Origin: Eledone cirrhosa
Taxonomy: Eukaryota
Assembly: GCA_964016885.1 (NCBI GenBank)
Contig: OZ024744.1
Span: 34,968,001 to 35,032,000 of the forward strand
Direction of reading: 5' to 3'
Length of the DNA stretch: 64,000 bases
Positions 57,810-64,000 of the stretch are shown here, piece after piece. A program made the position numbers and the translations under genes. The notes below the pieces were generated by a model, which saw nothing but the letters and a program-made list of their open reading frames with translations, was not told where the DNA came from and did no database searches. Position 1 is the stretch's first letter. Every line of letters begins with the position of its first letter.

Positions 57810-58960
57810 TATGAGGTTCGCCTAAAGAGTTCATAGGCTGACCAAGATACTATCATGGAATGTGACCAAATGAGGTTTATTTTTCAACGTAGACCCCTTG
57901 CGGCCCTCACACTTCTTCCACCGATATGGCAATACTTGGAAACCATTGGTGAAGAAGCTTTCAACCTGTTGGTAAAAAAAGCCATCAACAGCAGATATAT
58001 CATCATCACTGCAATACTGGTTCCCAGCCTAGTGTTTTTTCATGTTGGGGAACATGATAGTCAGATGGGACCAAATCAGAAGAGGGACTATGATAGGCCA
58101 GTTCAAAGTCACACAAACCATTGAAACCAGTCACAGTCATGCACACAAACCATTGAAACCAGTGCTGAAGCATCGGCCTAATGAAACAAAACTCTTTTCA
58201 AGAATTTTCCAGGGCATTTAGTGTTGTTAGCCTTTCATAACTGCCTCAGCAAGTTTGCATCGTACTCTCCATTAATGGTATGGCTCTTTTGAAGATAATC
58301 AATAAACGTAATGCCTTTGCATCCCCAAAAACTGAGGCCATGACTTTCCCTGCAGATGAAACGACCTTAGCCTTTTTTGAAGAGGGGTGTTTCCACTGTA
58401 TGGATTGTTTCTTTGTCTCTGGCTCAAAGTAATGAACCCAACACTCATCTTGGGTTAGGAAACATTCAAAGAAACCAGCTGAATCCACCTCAAACAATGT
58501 CAGATGTTCCCGTCATGTGATCAGCCAGGTGCACTTTTCATCAGGTGTCAGTAGATATGGCACCCACCTAGCAGAAGCCTTCGTCATGCCAAGTTCATTG
58601 TGCAGAATAATCTCAACTCTCTCCCATAGTTATGCTAATAACATTGACTATTTGATTTATAGTCAGTTGCCTGTAATCCATCACCATGTGGTGAACACAA
58701 TGTTTTCCTTGGTGGTGGTAGTTGCAGGGTGTTTCAGACCTTGGGGTCATCTTCATGATTACTCCCTTCCCCTCCTAAGTTCAGCAGCCCCCCACTTTTG
58801 CACTGTTAATAAAGCTGGAGCATCATCTAAAATAGCAACCATGTCAGCATGGATGTCGTTGGGGACTAAACTTTGTTTCTGCAGGTACTTGTTAATAATA
58901 TGATGCCAAATGTTGTCCATTTTCAAGAGATGTCACTACTAGTTACTTTTGTAGTCTTTG
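57810..58960 (-). mobile_element. Decayed mariner transposon
   Basis: FLTQDECWVHYFEPETKKQSIQWKH..KKAKVVSSAGKVMASVFGD is the mariner DDD catalytic domain start; many stops; end shared with the MITE at 6593. Confidence 0.88.
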
Positions 58961-59269
58961 ACCAGTCAGATGTCAATAAATAATGATTTTATCAGGTTTA
59001 AGCATTCAACGTCGTGTGAAACCTTCCAATGCTGATGATAAAATCCATAATTCTAAATTTATAGAAAAGCTCCAACTGAGGTTTAATGAGAAATTGTTTT
59101 TCATATGTGTTCGGTTATCTCTCTACATCAGTTTGCCAAATACTCACGCACGTGTGTGTATATACATAAGTACTAATACAGAAACCTGCTTTCCCATATG
59201 CACGGACTGAACATACATCTAGTAGGCACTTAACCACTATACCCCACTTGCATGCACCTATACCCCAAC

Positions 59270-59555
59270 ACCCAAGCCTGTGATCACAGACTTGGTAAGA
59301 GTGGTGAAAAATGTGTCCCACATGTGCGATCCAACTGAAATAGAAAGACACGTACAACACTTCATCAATCGCCTGCAGTTCTCTGGCTACAACCAAAGAG
59401 ACGGAATCAGGGTGTACAAAGGAGCCATGGAAAAATATAAGACCCTCATAGCGATGGGCATGAAAGGGATTTGCTCATTATACAGGAGCAAATTATGGAA
59501 TAGCTTAGATAGGACTAATAGGAACATGCCAGACAAAGACACAATGGTTATATAG
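59270..59555 (+). pseudogene. Penelope-like element fragment (post-RT thumb region)
   Basis: DLVRVVKNVS..FINRLQFSGY..G..LYRSKLWN..R resembles the SGY/LYR..W segment of PLE polyproteins. Confidence 0.5.
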
Positions 59556-60569
59556 ACAACATAGAAATTAAAATAATATCTAAACAGAAATGACTCAACA
59601 GGTAGACAAATGAGAGAAACAACTGCAATAGAACTAAGAAAAGTGAAGTTGAACAGAAAACAATGAATGGAATAACAACAACCATACACAAACACACAAT
59701 AGTGACCTAAGGTAAATATAAATAAATATATAAATATACACAGGTACAATAATATCCACACATAAACACACACTAGTGAGCATAGATAGAATACAAACAC
59801 ACACAGAGACAAGAAAAAATAAATTAAAAAATTGAATCGACATTACAATACAATGAGAAGAAACATAATAAAAACTTTGATAGACTCATCATCATCTTCG
59901 TTTAACGTCCATCTTCCACGCTAGCATGGGTTAGACTATATATATATTTATATCTATATTTTTAACCATTGGTCAATCAATGATAAACATTGATTGCCAA
60001 CTAAATTAACTATAGGGATATAAAATATACAGAAGTGAAAACCAAACTGAGTGTTTTATTATTATTACTGGCAATATTATAACAATGTTACCCTCCCCAA
60101 ATATAACAATATATATATATATATATGTCACATGAATACACCAATTTCGCAGTTGAAGGATCAACATTTATTACGGAACCGACACGTGTTTCATTGATAT
60201 GTAGGTGAGCATATCTAGAATCACTAATCCAATGTGTTTAATCCGAGAACTTGAATTCAAATATTTTGCATCAGAACTATGACATATAAGTTTATCAAAA
60301 TTTAACAAAATGTTCATTCATACAGAGTAACGTTTAATATATAGAGAGAAGGTGTGTCACTAAAGAGAAATCTATGTTGTATAAAATTATAACCATTGAT
60401 AAATCCAATGGAATAGTAGAAAACTCTGCTCTTTGTTTGGCATGTATACTTATGTACTTCAGAAAGTAGCATTTTTCCTGGAGCTTGGAAGTTCTGGCTG
60501 CTTGTAAAAGACATAACTTTCATCGTCATATAGATCCTGATGTTATGAAGGCCTTCCTCTTAAAATTTC

Positions 60570-60770
60570 TTAACCCTTTTGTTACTATATTTCTAATGAA
60601 AGGTACTATAGTTTTTAAATAAATTTCAAAATCAACAATTTCGAAAGATTTAGTAAAATAACTTTCTGAATGTTACACTGTTGTTTGGAACATAACTTAA
60701 AGGTAAACAATTTAAAATAAACAGCTTAGTATCATAAAATTACAGGCAGTTTTGTATCAAAAGGGTTTAA
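60570..60770. mobile_element. TTAA-type MITE family B (uninterrupted copy)
   Basis: TTAA-CCCTTTTGTTAC ... GTATCAAAAGGG-TTTAA. Confidence 0.7.
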
Positions 60771-61182
60771 TAAATTAAAATTTGCTTCTTAGCTGAGGAA
60801 TGAAAACTCAGCAGCAAATGTTAGAAGGGAGATAATTTCAAGAAATTTAACATTTAGTACTCAGACATATCTATTATGTTTTAGCCAAAACAATTATACT
60901 TATACACCAACCCATATGATCATAGCGATATACACACACACATATGATCATAGACTTAGACTTGTGAAATAATTTCTGAAAACCTTTGCCACCAGTACAA
61001 AGTTGTTCCTCTGTACAAGTATTTTTATATAGTGCTGAAACTGAGCTAAGTTATTATTGCAAATATATACTTTTTTAAATAGGCAGTTGCAAGCCTTGCT
61101 TCTGTCTGCTGTGAATACTAATTTTTCTTCTTTTTTAATTTCTGATTTTCTTTTCTTTTTTTTTTTATTGCTGTCTCCTTAG

Positions 61183-61317
61183 ACACACAAGTTGAAGCCA
61201 CAAAAGACTCTTCTTTGCTAAGTTTTGATGATCTTATATTGTCACAAAATTATAACCCAAACAGTGATGTGGCATGGCAAGTTGCTTCTCCTGAAGTTTT
61301 GCGGAGAATACATAAAG
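61183..61317 (+). CDS. Internal coding exon (135 bp, phase 1-1): DTQVEATKDSSLLSFDDLILSQNYNPNSDVAWQVASPEVLRRIHKG
   Basis: Long polypyrimidine tract + TAG acceptor, open frame, AAG|GTAGAT donor, length divisible by 3. Confidence 0.65.
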
Positions 61318-61482
61318 GTAGATCTCTTGATTCTTTCTAATTACTGTATTCTGTTTGAGAATTCCAAATCAAAAACATTATCATTTATCATGTTCCACTC
61401 ATAAGAAAGGGAATTTACTGAGGCCAGCATGAAAGCCACTATGTGATTATTTGACCTGCTAGGAACAGCACTCAAATCTCCC

Positions 61483-61672
61483 TTAACCCTTTAGCATTTA
61501 CATTACTCTATATTTACTATTGTATTTTCACAGTAAAAGCATTATCTCACATATTGAAGCTACAAGATTTTGATGTTATTTATTTTGAGAACAATACCTT
61601 AACATTGGTATGAACAGAAAGAGGTGTGAAAATTCTGGCCAGATACAGCCGGTTTAAATGCTAAAGGGTTAA
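61483..61672. mobile_element. TTAA-flanked MITE family A
   Basis: Same TIRs as 5853-6068; a degenerate further copy lies at ~41735-41908. Confidence 0.8.
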
Positions 61673-64000
61673 ATAAGGCCCTATTGTCTTTAAAAAAAGG
61701 GCATATTTGACAATGTTGTTTTATAGAGCCCTAAAAAAATTGTTTTAGATATATAACATAAGAGACAACGAAGGAGCAGGAATGACTGTTGATAAGGAGT
61801 TTGCCTTGCAACCAGTTGGTTCTGGGTTCAGTCCTGTTATGTGCACCTAGGGCAAATTAATAGTTAACATATTTATTTTGGATATGATCATCTGACCAGT
61901 CAAGCCTCAGTATATGACAGCCCATCTAACCCATGCAAGCATGGAAAATACAGATTAAACAATTATGGGGATTATGAAATGGAATGGAATTAAAGTAAAA
62001 AGAAAAAATTCCAACAAGAAATATGAAATGCTTGGCCTTAGACATGATTCTTTTTTATTTTTTGTTAAGACTTCATTTTGGTGAGCAGTATGATCACATC
62101 ATTGTTTGATAGTAGTAGATGGCTTCAATCCACCATCCATTGCAGCTTTCATAATCAATTGTGGTCCCATGGTTGGATAATCTGTCCTGCCCTTTGATAA
62201 GATTTGAATCAATAGGTGGAACTCACAATGCGAAATATGACAAGCAAATTCGAATGCAAGGAGACACACAAATTTGTGGAGCATTCCATATTTTTTATCC
62301 ATCCGATCCTTGCTAGTAAGGAAAACAGATGTTTGATGATTATGAATGCAAAGTGTTGGAGCAGATACCACAGGGCATGTTGTCTGATGTTCAAACAATT
62401 ATGCCAATTCACTGCCATGGACAGGTACAGGATTTTTATCAACCCCAAAAAGATGAAAAGCAAAGTTGACTTCGGCAGCATTTGAACTCAGAATACTGAA
62501 AGCCAGAACAAATGCCACAAGATAATCTATTTGATGTTCTAACAACTCTGCCAACTTATTGTCTTGTGAGGGAACAGGTTGGTCTCAAAATAGATTCACA
62601 AATAAATCAGTTATACCCTGTAAAGTGGGGGGTGTTGGCACCACAATAAAACATGCTCAGTACACTCTGTAAAGTAATGGTGTTGGTGCCACAAAAAAAA
62701 CCCACAGTACGCCCTGTAAAATGGTAGTGGTGGTGTCATGATAAAATATGCTCAGTACAACCTGTAAGATGGTTGCCATTAGGAAAGACATCCAGTCGTA
62801 GAAACCATGCCAAATATGAAACATAATGAGCAAGATGAGTCGATCTGACATTCTAATGACTGTGAATCCACCACCCTGCAACTTATAATAATAATAATAA
62901 CTAATAAAAAATAATTATAGTAAATTTTTAATTTCCTAATTAATATCATTCTCTCATTTTATCCATATTCATCTACAGCTATTACGAAAAATCAGAGGTT
63001 TAGAAGTAATAGACACAAGGCTAAAGATGTAAGTAAATTACTGTATTGTTTCTCTTTAAATTAACTCTTAGTGAAGGCATGTGTGTGGCTTACTGGTTAG
63101 AGAGTTGGGATCACAATTGTGAGGTTGCCAGTTGGATTAATTTATTTCACATTGCAGCAGTTTACTCAGCTGAAAAAAATGAGTTGCAATGTCTCTGGTG
63201 CCAAGTTGTATTAGACTACATCGGTGGCATAGGGAGAGGGGAGACTGACATGTATGGATGACTGCTGATCTTCCATGAAAAACATCTTGATCAGGCTTGA
63301 GCCTTGAAGGGGAACTTTGTAGGTGCAACACCCATGGTCAACTTTGTCTGAAGGGGGTAGATTCCTTATATGAACTCTGGTGTACCTCATGGTTCAGTTT
63401 TGTCCCCCACAGTATTGTTCTTGTGTATCAATGGTTTACTTGCCATCACATCAAACAACTACCATTGCTAAACATTATCCCAACTTTCATTCAATCCTAA
63501 TATCCTAAAACTCTCCACCTATCCAAGCAGTGTCCAGATGCAACTTAGACACCTCTCACCAAATCTGCACAAATTCCATTAACTTATAACATCCTGAAAT
63601 TATTTAGCAGAAAATATCTAAAAATTGTTTTGTTAATTGAAATATTTAGTGTCCTTACTAATGGACAGATTGTTATGAACAATCGTAGTAAACAAAAGAC
63701 TTAAATATTTAATGTGATACCATCATTGTGATGTTTTGTACTTTTCAAGAATATCTTGCTAATGAAGTTTCATGTGGTTTGTTAATTCAAATGTTTATAG
63801 TATCTTTATTAGTGGACAGATTTGTGTGAAAAATTGTAGTTGTAGTAAAATAGACTTTTATTATTATGATACCGTCGGTGATCTTTCATACTTTTCAAGA
63901 ATGTCTTGCTAATGTGGTTGTATATGTTTCAGGGCCTTACGAGTTAAGAGACCTATAAAATATAAACCAGTAAGGCCATGTTTATCTAGTTGACATAAAT

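Overview
AT-rich, microsatellite-dense animal genomic DNA. It looks like a cephalopod/octopus genome, inferred only from the repeat landscape. Most of the window is intergenic or intronic transposon debris: RTE-type, R4/Dong-type and CRE-type LINE pieces, Penelope-like elements (PLEs), tRNA-derived SINEs, TTAA (piggyBac-type) MITEs and a mariner remnant. The first two coding exons of a host gene lie near 57-61 kb. The main signal is an unusual density of type I hammerhead ribozyme (HHR) motifs. A ~422-bp tandem array (7 copies, 53.5-56.5 kb, plus dispersed and inverted copies at 0-0.5 kb and 51.7-52.7 kb) carries one minimal HHR per monomer with covarying stem I, the layout of a non-LTR retrozyme. 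At least six further unrelated HHR families occur in PLE-type terminal repeats. Several short fold-back palindromes have their inversion junction inside an HHR core. Three RTE LINE copies carry a PHD finger inserted within the RT domain. All folds and alignments were made by eye; no ribozyme activity is demonstrated.
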